Source of the DNA: Candidatus Colivicinus equi
Lineage (GTDB): Bacteria > Bacillota_I > Bacilli_A > Erysipelotrichales > Erysipelotrichaceae
NCBI GenBank assembly: GCA_018064825.1
Contig: JAGHUL010000041.1
Location: forward strand, 465 to 64,464
Length of the DNA stretch: 64,000 nucleotides
Reading direction: 5' to 3'
Shown here piece after piece: positions 51,867-61,129 of the stretch. Both the position numbers and the translations under genes were made by a program. The first letter of the stretch is position 1, and every line of letters starts with the position of its first letter. Below the pieces are notes generated by a model. That model was not told the DNA's origin, ran no database searches, and worked only from the letters and a program-made list of their open reading frames with translations.

Positions 51867-53924
51867 TTAATCCTTGTTGACAATTTTAATTACTGATTCG
51901 TTATATTCAATATGTTTATCTGCGATTATCTCAACTTTCTTACTTGGATTTAAATCAGAAATAATAATTGGCGATATTAATGTCTTAGCATTTTTTCTTA
52001 GATAGTTAAGATCCATTTTAATTATCTTTGTACCTAGTTTTACAGTATCGCCTTGTTCTACTAAAGCTTCTAATCCTTTTCCTTTTAATTCAGCAGTATC
52101 CATACCTAAGTGAATTAGAAGTGATATGCCATTATCACACATGAAACCTATCGCATGTTTTGTTGGGTAGATAAAGATTATCTTGCCATCAGCTGGTGCA
52201 TATACATATGGATCATCTGGTTCGACGGCAATACCCTCGCCAAGAGTCTTAGATGCAAATGCTTCATCAGGAACTTCTTCTAATGGAATATATTTACCAA
52301 CTAGCGGACTTCTAATTAAGATGCTTCCATCACCACCAGACTTAATATATTTTTCAAGTTTTTCTTTGACGATATTAACTCCTGGTCCATAGATAACTTG
52401 AATAGCAGTTTCTTTCTTCATTATTCCTAACGCACCTGTATTTTTTAATTCACTATCTGATACTAGATTGCTATCAACAATATCTACTCTCAATCTAGTT
52501 GCGCAGCAATCATAAGAAACAATATTATCGATGCCACCCAAACCGCTAACTATCATGTCACTAGCATCTTGATTGATTGCATCAATTTTAATCTCATTTG
52601 CGAATTCTTCTCTACCAGGTGTCTTTAAATCGAATTTCTTGATTGCAAAATCAAATACAAAATAATATATAACCGAAAAAGCTAAACCTATTGGAATAAG
52701 CGTTAGCCAACTAGTTTTTTGATTTCCTGGCAAAATACCTAATAAGAATAAGTCGATAAATCCTTGAGAGAAGGTAGAACCAATCGTAACATTAGATAGA
52801 TAAATAATTGCACTGCTTATTCCGTAACAAATACTGTGAACAAGATACAAGATAGGCGATGCGAACAAAATAGGAAATTCAACTGGTTCAGTAATACCAG
52901 TTAAAAATGATGCAACAGCAGCAGAAATCATTAATGATTTAGTCTGTTTTTTATTATCTTCTTTTGCGTTTTTATAAATAGCATAACAAGCAGCAGGAAT
53001 ACCGAACAGCATTATTGGGTAGGCGCCTGAAAAATATATTGAATATTCTCTAGATAAATGTATTGTATTTGGATCAGCAAGTTGGGCAAATATAATATTT
53101 TGTGCACCAATATATTGAACTCCTGCAACGGTTGCAGTTCCACCAATAGCTGTTTGCCAGAAAGGTAAATAGAAAATATGATGTAGACCAAAAGGCACTA
53201 ATAATCTCTTGATAGCATCAAACAAGAAAGCACCAACTACTCCGCCTTTTGCAACTAAACCACCTAAATAAACGATGCCATTTTGAATCGTTGGCCAAAT
53301 TATAGAGAATACAAAACCAATAATTATTGATGCGAAAACAGAAATAATAGGCACAAAACGATTGCCGCCAAAGAACGCTAAATATTCAGGCAATTTTATA
53401 CCGCAGTATTTATTGTGTAGCATTGATACGACAATACCAATAACAATTCCACCAAATACTCCAATCTGTAAAGTGGTGATGCCTAGACTATTAGTAATCA
53501 TTCCATCTACAATATTAGAAATTATGTTACCATCAGCATCAATCATTCCTCTGACAATCATGATTTTATTGATAGTAACATTCATCACTATATAAGAAAG
53601 AGCGGCAGCTAAAGAAGCTGTCTCCTTGTTCTTATCAGCCATGCCAATAGCTACACCAATCGCAAATATCAAAGGAAGGTTATCAAAGATAGCACTTCCT
53701 ACACCAGACATAATTGAAAATATAGAGTAAAGCAATGAGCCTTGATATATTACATTCTCTGCGCCTATACTCGATATCGTAACTGGATTCGTAAAAGAAG
53801 AACCTATGCCAAGTAATAATCCTGCTATAGGAAGTATTGCGATAGGAAACATAAAGCTCTTTCCTAGTTTTTGCAAAATATTAAATATCTTACTCTTTTT
53901 CTTAACCTGTTTTTTCATATTCAT
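51867..53924 (-). CDS. PTS glucose/N-acetylglucosamine-family transporter, EIICBA
   Basis: EIIC membrane domain, EIIB CATRLR motif (YDCCATRLRV), and an EIIA His region (LLIHLGMDT). Confidence 0.9.
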   Translation of the reverse strand: MNMKKQVKKKSKIFNILQKLGKSFMFPIAILPIAGLLLGIGSSFTNPVTISSIGAENVIYQGSLLYSIFSIMSGVGSAIFDNLPLIFAIGVAIGMADKNKETASLAAALSYIVMNVTINKIMIVRGMIDADGNIISNIVDGMITNSLGITTLQIGVFGGIVIGIVVSMLHNKYCGIKLPEYLAFFGGNRFVPIISVFASIIIGFVFSIIWPTIQNGIVYLGGLVAKGGVVGAFLFDAIKRLLVPFGLHHIFYLPFWQTAIGGTATVAGVQYIGAQNIIFAQLADPNTIHLSREYSIYFSGAYPIMLFGIPAACYAIYKNAKEDNKKQTKSLMISAAVASFLTGITEPVEFPILFASPILYLVHSICYGISSAIIYLSNVTIGSTFSQGFIDLFLLGILPGNQKTSWLTLIPIGLAFSVIYYFVFDFAIKKFDLKTPGREEFANEIKIDAINQDASDMIVSGLGGIDNIVSYDCCATRLRVDIVDSNLVSDSELKNTGALGIMKKETAIQVIYGPGVNIVKEKLEKYIKSGGDGSILIRSPLVGKYIPLEEVPDEAFASKTLGEGIAVEPDDPYVYAPADGKIIFIYPTKHAIGFMCDNGISLLIHLGMDTAELKGKGLEALVEQGDTVKLGTKIIKMDLNYLRKNAKTLISPIIISDLNPSKKVEIIADKHIEYNESVIKIVNKD

Positions 53925-54001
53925 CTACCTTCCATTTATTTTTTTAAAGCCCGTAAATAACGGGCTTTAATAATCTATACAAATAGTCAACAGCCAATTA
54001 A

Positions 54002-54595
54002 TTATTCAGCGTTTCTACTACTTTTATCAACATATTTAGCCGACGTTGCTGCAAACACCATCACAATAATAGCGAATTGTCCACAAATGTTTAATACTTG
54101 TGGATTCATAAAATCTTTCAATATCAAATAATTTGTAATAATTCCAGTTATTCTGATGCTCATAATTATGATGCATATAATGAATGATTTCTTTCTACCT
54201 AAATTGTTTGCGACCAACATTACAACATATAATGCAAAAGCTAACGATGTAGTTATTAGCGCAGTTGTATCAAATGATTCGTTTAATGATAATAAAATAC
54301 TCATCAATGCATTTAAAGCGCCAATTAGTATGCTTGCCTTATATAGTTTACTTAGATTCTTAGTAAATCCTAGAACCAAATAAACTAAGCCAAATATTAA
54401 TGATACTAATACAAAATACAATCCAAGTAAATTTAGGGTGTCCAACTTGACAGTTGAAATAACTGAATGTATTGCTATTGCACAAGCAAGAGTTAATACG
54501 CAACTAAATATTGTAATGGTTTTTCTAAATGACATATAGCCATATCTCCTTTTGTGGAAATGCGTTGTAATAAGCACATCCAAATACTCTTCCAT
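54002..54595 (-). CDS. Hypothetical polytopic membrane protein
   Basis: About 6 hydrophobic segments. The real start may be the internal Met (MSFRKT). Confidence 0.4.
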   Translation of the reverse strand: MEEYLDVLITTHFHKRRYGYMSFRKTITIFSCVLTLACAIAIHSVISTVKLDTLNLLGLYFVLVSLIFGLVYLVLGFTKNLSKLYKASILIGALNALMSILLSLNESFDTTALITTSLAFALYVVMLVANNLGRKKSFIICIIIMSIRITGIITNYLILKDFMNPQVLNICGQFAIIVMVFAATSAKYVDKSSRNAE

Positions 54596-54697
54596 AAATA
54601 AATATTAAGACTATTATACTATTGTTACATTATCTATCAAAACTAGTGAAAAAAATATTAAAAAATACAGCCCTCTTTACAAGGGCCGTATATTTGA

Positions 54698-55666
54698 TTA
54701 TTTATATTTTTTGTTTGTTTTTATTTGTTTTGGTTGAACAGTTTCTTGAGTTAATTGATTTCCATCTTTATCATAATATTTTAACGTAACTTCTTTAGTT
54801 GCTTTATTGATACTTGCGACTAAACCTTTTCCAAGAACGTACTTACCACCTGATGTATATTCCTCATCGCACATACAACCACCAGCTGCATATGTGAAAT
54901 TGATTGAGATATCTCCACCTCTACTAGGAATAGATTCTGTAAATACTTTGTCGTAATTTTTTTCTGTTGAAGAAGCATCAGAATGATTGTGTCCCCAAAT
55001 AAAGAATATATTTAAATTCCTTTCTTTAGAATATTTGTTTAAGATATTGACTACTTTATTAGCATTCGTCATAGATCTTTCACTTGTTTTATGTAGTGGA
55101 TAATGAGAAATGATAAATATTGGTTTAGAATTATCGGTTTTCTTTAAGAAAGACTCCAATCCCGAAATAGATGCAGAGTCAAACAATTCGAAAGTACTAG
55201 ATGCGCCAAAGCAGTATATCTTATAACTATCTCCATCAATAACTTTGCCACGTTTCTTTTCAATTCTTTTTGCAGTAGAGTTTAGACTTAACATTAAATT
55301 TCCATTAAGCCAATCGTGATTTCCAGCTACAAAGACGCTTCTTCCAACATACGGTGATTCATCAACGGCATCAAACACAGGTTTTACACGATCCCAATAA
55401 TCTTTGAAATAAGATTTATATCCTGCGTAGTCTCCTAATCCAGCCATGGTGTCTATCATATCACCTTCTTTTGTAGCAACACTTGTAATCCAACTAGAAA
55501 GTCTATTTGCTGAAACATTACCTCCTATGTTATGCGTGTCTGATGTAAACGCAATAGTGTCAACATTGGTATTATCAGCAATATTTATACTACTCGCAAA
55601 TGTTGATACTGATAAGAATGCTAATAACAACGTTGTTAATAATAGTGTTAATATTCTTTTCTTCAT
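54698..55666 (-). CDS. Secreted calcineurin-like metallophosphoesterase
   Basis: Signal peptide, then D..H (SDTHN), GDYAG, GNHDW and GHNH motifs. Confidence 0.75.
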   Translation of the reverse strand: MKKRILTLLLTTLLLAFLSVSTFASSINIADNTNVDTIAFTSDTHNIGGNVSANRLSSWITSVATKEGDMIDTMAGLGDYAGYKSYFKDYWDRVKPVFDAVDESPYVGRSVFVAGNHDWLNGNLMLSLNSTAKRIEKKRGKVIDGDSYKIYCFGASSTFELFDSASISGLESFLKKTDNSKPIFIISHYPLHKTSERSMTNANKVVNILNKYSKERNLNIFFIWGHNHSDASSTEKNYDKVFTESIPSRGGDISINFTYAAGGCMCDEEYTSGGKYVLGKGLVASINKATKEVTLKYYDKDGNQLTQETVQPKQIKTNKKYK

Positions 55667-55760
55667 ATTCGTTTAACTCCTTATTTATGAATGATTAATA
55701 TCTTATATTTCATTCCAAGTATATCACGGCAAAAGACACACATAAATACATCATTCACCA

Positions 55761-56141
55761 TTATCTCTTGTCGTCATTGGTTTCCTCGTATAGTTTTGCG
55801 TATAGATTAGGAATATCATTCGTTATTGTTTGATATACAACGCCTAATACAACATTCCCATAATCATGACCTATTCTATTTCTTAATCCGTAGATATCGA
55901 CCCACGGTATATCTGCATTATTATCTTTGTATTCTAATGAAATCATTTTAGCGTTTTCAGATATTTGAATAAGATTAAACATCGTTATATCTTGTTTATC
56001 TATATCATCTACAAAATCATCATACGAAACATCCGCAATGGTATTTATTATTCTTTCAAAAAATATTTTCATTTTTTCTAAATAATAATTATCGTCCTTA
56101 TTGTTTCCCATATATTTTAATACCGTCCTTAAGTATTTCAT
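55761..56141 (-). CDS. hepT: HepT-like HEPN-domain RNase toxin (DUF86)
   Basis: R-x4-H-x-Y motif RNRIGHDY near the C-terminus. Size is ~116-126 aa, with start ambiguous between 56141 and 56111. It overlaps the upstream MNT gene. Confidence 0.8.
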   Translation of the reverse strand: MKYLRTVLKYMGNNKDDNYYLEKMKIFFERIINTIADVSYDDFVDDIDKQDITMFNLIQISENAKMISLEYKDNNADIPWVDIYGLRNRIGHDYGNVVLGVVYQTITNDIPNLYAKLYEETNDDKR

Positions 56142-56580
56142 TCAATAATTCCTGATTGTTGTTTAATTGTCTTAGGTCTAATAAATCAACTTTTTTATGA
56201 AGATTATCTCTTAGTTTTTCAACAAGACCATAAAACTTCAATCCAGGCACATTTCCAGATATCAATAAATCAACATCGCTCGTTTCCTTTTGCGTTCCTT
56301 TGGCATACGAGCCAAACAAATAACAATATTCGATATTATATTCTTTAAGCACATTGCCAACAGTTTCTTTTATTCTTTCTAGCGTTAACAAGCCATGTTC
56401 TTCATCGATATAAGATTTTTTATTTAATTGTTCAACAAAGTAGTTATATTTAATAGTATTTTGCTTTTCTTTTTCTATTTCATAGGATTTATACGATCTT
56501 AAAGATACGCCTAAAAAATAAGCTGCTTCAGCTTGCGTAAAACCATTGTTTTTTCTTGCTTCATATAATTCGTTTTTCAT
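56098..56580 (-). CDS. mntA: MntA-like minimal nucleotidyltransferase antitoxin fused to an N-terminal XRE-type HTH
   Basis: Residues ~5-60 form an HTH (NGFTQAEAAYFLGVSLRSYKSYE). The NTase motif follows: LFGSYAKGTQKETSDVDLLI (GS-x-x-x-G...DxD). Confidence 0.8.
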   Translation of the reverse strand: MKNELYEARKNNGFTQAEAAYFLGVSLRSYKSYEIEKEKQNTIKYNYFVEQLNKKSYIDEEHGLLTLERIKETVGNVLKEYNIEYCYLFGSYAKGTQKETSDVDLLISGNVPGLKFYGLVEKLRDNLHKKVDLLDLRQLNNNQELLNEILKDGIKIYGKQ

Positions 56581-56586
56581 AACTAA

Positions 56587-56615
56587 ATATTACAATAATT
56601 TGCACTTTTATTCAA
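56587..56615 (-). promoter_or_regulatory. Candidate promoter of the mntA-hepT operon, leaderless configuration
   Basis: On the minus strand it reads TTGAAT, a 17-nt spacer, TAATAT, then 6 nt and the ATG. There is no SD sequence, and an operator half-site lies inside the spacer. Confidence 0.4.
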
Positions 56616-56669
56616 TAAAAAAGTGCAATATTTGCACTTTAATTATTATTTAGGTGCAATATTTACACC
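56600..56669. repeat. Three palindromic operator-like sites built from TTGCAC/GTGCAA half-sites
   Basis: TTGCACTTTT-n9-AAAAGTGCAA lies at 56600-56628. GTGCAATATTTGCAC lies at 56623-56637. GGTGCAATATTTACACC (one mismatch) lies at 56653-56669. Confidence 0.5.
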
Positions 56670-56840
56670 TCTATCCTCTTTCTTTCATTGTAGGGAACCA
56701 TTTGAATATTTTTTCTAATTTGTATAACATCTTCAAACCCCTTTATTTATCGGCATAATTAACTGCAACGATTTCTAATATATGTGTAGTTACTTCTCTT
56801 TTATACATTTTTGACACTTTTTTGACACTTTTTGTGGAAA

Positions 56841-58220
56841 TTAGCAAATAGAATCTAATAATAGTTGCTTAATAGTTGCTTCTGTTTTGGCAGTATCTTC
56901 TTCATAAATGAACGGGATTTTCTTTATATCACACGGGAATATTCTACTACCATCATCCGATATATCAATATCCAAATGCACTTTATCTATTTCTAATTCT
57001 TCTTCTCTATGAAGCGGATATATTAAACACAATCGTTTTGCGTTCCTTTTGGCTGCGTATACTGCCATCTGTTTTAAATCAGCATCTGAAACATCAAGTT
57101 TGTTTTTATCTTGTTTTACTTTTTCAAATCTATCAAGTTCTTTATATTTTGTATCAAATATAAATATATCTCCATTTTTTTCGATTAATATATCTTCTCT
57201 AAGATTAGAAATGCTGCCAACATTTTCATCATTATATACTAATTCAGCCAAATGGGTATCGTTGGCCTGTGTACGAATATTAGCGTATCCAGTAAATTCT
57301 TTTTTCATGAATCCTGCCACAAATCCCTCGAACAACATTTCTGCAGGGAATAAGAAACAAAATGAATTTGATAGCCCAAATTCGTCGTTACTAGATTTAT
57401 TAAGCAAAAACATTTTGCTCATACTTAAAATGGTTGAATAGTTTTGATGTAAAGAATCAAGATGTACTTGATCACAATCATAAGGCGTGCAATTCTCATT
57501 TGTAACCTCGTTAAATCTTGTGAGTATATCTCTTAAAGCTTTTTTATTTAAAACACTATCTGTTTCCTTTTTAAGGCCATTACAAACACATTTAATAATT
57601 CTATTAAGCTTATTATCAAATTCAAAGCTTGAATATGTATATTCAAACTTATGTTTGTCTCCTAATGGAAATTTATTAATGATATAGTCATTGAAGTTGA
57701 TTTTTCCTTTTATGCTTGTTCCAACTTCAGTTATATCTTCATATTGGAAATACAACTGCCTTTCAATTGTTTCCTTAACATATTTGATATATAGAGTAAT
57801 TAACAATTCTTTCAAGCTATTGCTCTCAACTAAATTTGATTTATTTGATATGAATGGGAACATTGACTTTTCACAATATTCAATCCAAATTAACAAGGAT
57901 TTCATCATATCCTTTGTTTCTAATCCCGAGGCATCATAATCACTTTCATCTAATTTGAATACTTTAGGAAATATATTTAATTGCTCTCCCTCGAATGTAA
58001 TGGTTCCTATATAGTTTTGTGTCTTTATACCATCTCTATAATCGAAATCTATAAATTGTTGAACACCTTTGTATGATCCATCGTCATAAAAAGCTGATCT
58101 TTGATTCCAACAAGATTGTAAAAATAACTCTAAATTTTTTAGTGTTTTTTCATTCTTCCATTTTGCAGGAAATTCATTGGAATTTTTTCTTAGTATCTTA
58201 TGTTCAAAGCAATTGTACAT
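56841..58220 (-). CDS. mcrC: McrC-like PD-(D/E)xK nuclease subunit (LlaJI R2-like)
   Basis: 459 aa. The C-terminal EDILIEKNGDIFIFDTKYK nuclease motif is present. Its ATG overlaps the McrB-like stop as TAATG. Confidence 0.8.
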   Translation of the reverse strand: MYNCFEHKILRKNSNEFPAKWKNEKTLKNLELFLQSCWNQRSAFYDDGSYKGVQQFIDFDYRDGIKTQNYIGTITFEGEQLNIFPKVFKLDESDYDASGLETKDMMKSLLIWIEYCEKSMFPFISNKSNLVESNSLKELLITLYIKYVKETIERQLYFQYEDITEVGTSIKGKINFNDYIINKFPLGDKHKFEYTYSSFEFDNKLNRIIKCVCNGLKKETDSVLNKKALRDILTRFNEVTNENCTPYDCDQVHLDSLHQNYSTILSMSKMFLLNKSSNDEFGLSNSFCFLFPAEMLFEGFVAGFMKKEFTGYANIRTQANDTHLAELVYNDENVGSISNLREDILIEKNGDIFIFDTKYKELDRFEKVKQDKNKLDVSDADLKQMAVYAAKRNAKRLCLIYPLHREEELEIDKVHLDIDISDDGSRIFPCDIKKIPFIYEEDTAKTEATIKQLLLDSIC

Positions 58221-59989
58221 TAATTGTTGTCAGCCGCTTCCTTTTTAATGCATTTCACTCTACCTACGTTACTGTCTTCTAATTCAAATACGTAAGTTTT
58301 TCCATCTTCATCATCTTTATATGAGACTACATTTATTCCATCTAATGCTTTTTTAACTTTTGTCTCATCATCAAAGAAATATTCATATAATAGAGGAATT
58401 ATATTTTTGTTTATTATATTATCAAAGTCTTTAACTGATTTGTTTATAAAATAAGAATGCCCGATCAATAAATCTTTAGATTGTAATTCTCTTTTTAAAT
58501 GTGTATTAATTTGATCTAAGAATTTTGAAAATTCATCATTTAGTAACTTACTGTTTGGTTCAATTTCAATAAAATTAAATCTCCTCCTTAAGGCTGCATC
58601 AACTAATGATATAGATTTATCAGCAGAATTCATCGTACCAAGAATATATAAATTATTTGGAACTGTGAATACATCGCCTGAAGCTAGTTTAACACTTGTT
58701 TGTTCTACTTCTCCCCATCTCTTATCATCTTCAATTAATGTAATTAGTTCTCCAAATATTTTAGAGATGTTTCCTCTATTAATCTCATCAATAATAATTA
58801 CATAATTATTGTTCGGATCGTCTAGTGCTTTATCGGCAATTGTTTTGAATACTCCATCTGTAACCTTAAATTTTAATTCGTTAGACTCTACATCAGGTCT
58901 TAATCCTTGAATAAAATCTTCATATCCATAACTTTGATGGAACGTTGTAAAAACTACTCTTCCTTCATCTAAGTGTTTATTATATTTTTCCAATAAATTG
59001 TTTCTTTTATCTTTATAAAAGCATTTTATATAATCTACATTTTCTTTCTCTATTATTGCGATGGCATATTCTGGCATAGAGTATGTTTTGCCTGTTCCTG
59101 GTGCTCCATATAATATTGTGTTCAAACCAACATCCGTTTGAGGACCGTGAATTCTAGGCTCGATGTTTTGTTCTTCTTGAATAGGTGAACTTTCCCAAAT
59201 AACTATTGGCGATATTTCCATTCCTGTTTTTACCGCATTTTTTATTTCGTTTGAATTATATACTGATGATTCAACGATATCTTCATAACTAAATTTTGAT
59301 GAATTAGCATTTAATAATGGGGCGTATTTGATTCCAAATACTCTAGCTGAATTTTCTTCAGTTAATCCTTTTGATATGTTGGAAACCATTTCATTATTGA
59401 AAATTTTAGTCAAACTTTCTAAATCAACTTTTTTACCGTTTTCTTGCATAATTTTATCCCTCCACTCATCAATCAGTTTTATATTAATTCGATATTCGCT
59501 GTTATCTTTCCATAAAGTAATTTTTGAAATAGAACCTACTAAACTATTTCGAAACATATTTCCATTTAACAGTGGTATTTCACCATATTTTTCTTTGTTT
59601 ACTTTATAGTTTGATTTATTATTTAAGATTCTTATATATCTATCGTTTTTTACATAGCTAATTATTATCTTTGCGTCTTCGCAATTTAATCTTGAAAAAT
59701 AATTATATACTTCATCTATAGTATCGATTGGTCCATAGAACATTGAACTATATTTTTTTACAATTTCTTTTATTGATTGTAAATATTTTTTAAAAGATTC
59801 AACATTTAAAAAACATTCTTTTTCACCTGAAACAAAATTGTAGCAATCCTCTTGTAAATAATCTTTATCTCCAATATATAGAGATGCTTGCCCTGATGTT
59901 GATAACCATAATACATGAAAATGTTTCTCACAATCGCTAAGTTGTGTTTCGCCTTCGTATTTGTTTTTTTCTTCGTTAAGTTCAAGCAT
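58220..59989 (-). CDS. mcrB: McrB-like AAA+ GTPase subunit with unassigned ~280-aa N-terminal reader domain (LlaJI R1-like)
   Basis: Walker A LYGAPGTGKTY, Walker B VIIIDEINRGN, the McrB signature GTMNSADKS and ALRRRF. Confidence 0.85.
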   Translation of the reverse strand: MLELNEEKNKYEGETQLSDCEKHFHVLWLSTSGQASLYIGDKDYLQEDCYNFVSGEKECFLNVESFKKYLQSIKEIVKKYSSMFYGPIDTIDEVYNYFSRLNCEDAKIIISYVKNDRYIRILNNKSNYKVNKEKYGEIPLLNGNMFRNSLVGSISKITLWKDNSEYRINIKLIDEWRDKIMQENGKKVDLESLTKIFNNEMVSNISKGLTEENSARVFGIKYAPLLNANSSKFSYEDIVESSVYNSNEIKNAVKTGMEISPIVIWESSPIQEEQNIEPRIHGPQTDVGLNTILYGAPGTGKTYSMPEYAIAIIEKENVDYIKCFYKDKRNNLLEKYNKHLDEGRVVFTTFHQSYGYEDFIQGLRPDVESNELKFKVTDGVFKTIADKALDDPNNNYVIIIDEINRGNISKIFGELITLIEDDKRWGEVEQTSVKLASGDVFTVPNNLYILGTMNSADKSISLVDAALRRRFNFIEIEPNSKLLNDEFSKFLDQINTHLKRELQSKDLLIGHSYFINKSVKDFDNIINKNIIPLLYEYFFDDETKVKKALDGINVVSYKDDEDGKTYVFELEDSNVGRVKCIKKEAADNN

Positions 59990-59998
59990 ATAGCACCT

Positions 59999-61129
59999 CT
60001 AATTATCGAATATTTTTGTATCAAAAATTGAGTTTAAAACCGCAATTAAAACATCTACAACAATAGAGTTCCCAGCTTGTTTATAAGCTTGGGCTCTAGA
60101 TACTACTATTTTATAATCATCAGTAAATCCCATTAGTCTATGGGCTTCTCTCTCAGTTAGCATTCTTACAGATCCAAGATTCTCTGTGCCATCAAAAGAC
60201 ATATAATTGTCTACCCCTGCTCTATGTCTATTACCCATAGTTTGTAATACAGTTCTTGCTATATCTAAATTAATCTTAGGTTTTTGATAGAAGGTTTTTG
60301 TTCCACCTTTCATAACATACGCATATAGTTTTGGAGATAGTGTATATTTATCATCAGGCTTTCCTTTTTTCTTTTGAATATTAATATCTCCGTTTTCATC
60401 ACAAGTAAAATAACCTTCATCACAATTGTTAATCGAAAAATCTTTCATTTTATATTTAAGTTTAACTGTCTCAGGAGGCATAACAAAATTCTTGCATGAC
60501 TTTTTGAATCCAACAACAATTAATCTTCTTCTTGTTTGAGGAATGCCATAATCAGCAGCGTTTAGTACTTCAAATCTATAATCATACCCTAATGAATCAA
60601 ATATTCTTTTAATTAATGTCCAAGTCTTTCCACCATCATGATTGATTAAATTTCTAACGTTTTCATAAATGAATACTTTAGGTTGAATTTCACTAACTAA
60701 TCTTGCATATTCATAAAATAGAGTTCCTCTAGCATCATCTAATCCACCTTGAGCACCTACTGATGAGAAACTTTGACATGGTGAACCACCAACAAATAAA
60801 TCTACTTTTCCTCTATAATCTCTACCATCTAATAAAATAATGTCTTGGTAAAATTTATCTTCATTTAAATCATAATTAGCTAAATAACTTTGTTGGACAT
60901 AATTCTTTGCACTAGTACTTTTTGCATATAATTCATCAACATATTTTTTCTTTTCTAGTAGTGATGACATAGCAAAAACTTTTTGTCGCTCTTTTTCTAT
61001 ATCATATGAGATTTCTCTATCGCCATTATCGCAAGCAAAAACTAATTCATGATCTACATGCATTCTTTTTAATGCGAATTCAATTGCACCGATTCCTGAA
61101 AATACTGTTGCTAATCTAATCTTCTTCAT
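59999..61129 (-). CDS. DNA (cytosine-5)-methyltransferase, second of a tandem pair
   Basis: Motifs FSGIGA (I), GGSPCQSFS (IV), ENV (VI), QTRRR (VIII) and GNS (X). Confidence 0.9.
   Translation of the reverse strand: MKKIRLATVFSGIGAIEFALKRMHVDHELVFACDNGDREISYDIEKERQKVFAMSSLLEKKKYVDELYAKSTSAKNYVQQSYLANYDLNEDKFYQDIILLDGRDYRGKVDLFVGGSPCQSFSSVGAQGGLDDARGTLFYEYARLVSEIQPKVFIYENVRNLINHDGGKTWTLIKRIFDSLGYDYRFEVLNAADYGIPQTRRRLIVVGFKKSCKNFVMPPETVKLKYKMKDFSINNCDEGYFTCDENGDINIQKKKGKPDDKYTLSPKLYAYVMKGGTKTFYQKPKINLDIARTVLQTMGNRHRAGVDNYMSFDGTENLGSVRMLTEREAHRLMGFTDDYKIVVSRAQAYKQAGNSIVVDVLIAVLNSIFDTKIFDN

Noticed and set aside
53946-53968. Hairpin AAAGCCCG-taaataa-CGGGCTTT between the PTS gene and the upstream membrane-protein gene
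   Set aside because: The stem is good, but the T-run is on the wrong side for a minus-strand terminator, since the RNA would read hairpin then A-run. It was not called as a terminator. It may still pause or stabilise transcripts.
51250-54595. Two ~200-aa polytopic membrane proteins flanking the PTS gene, considered as possible paralogues or PTS accessory proteins
   Set aside because: By eye I could not find convincing shared motifs beyond hydrophobicity. A proper alignment is needed before any claim.
56690-56760. 19-aa minus-strand mini-ORF (MLYKLEKIFKWFPTMKERG) with an AAAGGGG-like RBS between the R-M operon and the TA module
   Set aside because: It is too short, has no supporting feature, and could arise by chance in AT-rich intergenic DNA.
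59806-60024. 72-aa minus-strand ORF spanning the methyltransferase/McrB-like junction
   Set aside because: It is out of frame with both well-supported genes. The McrB-like start at 59989 has a good AGAGGTG RBS.
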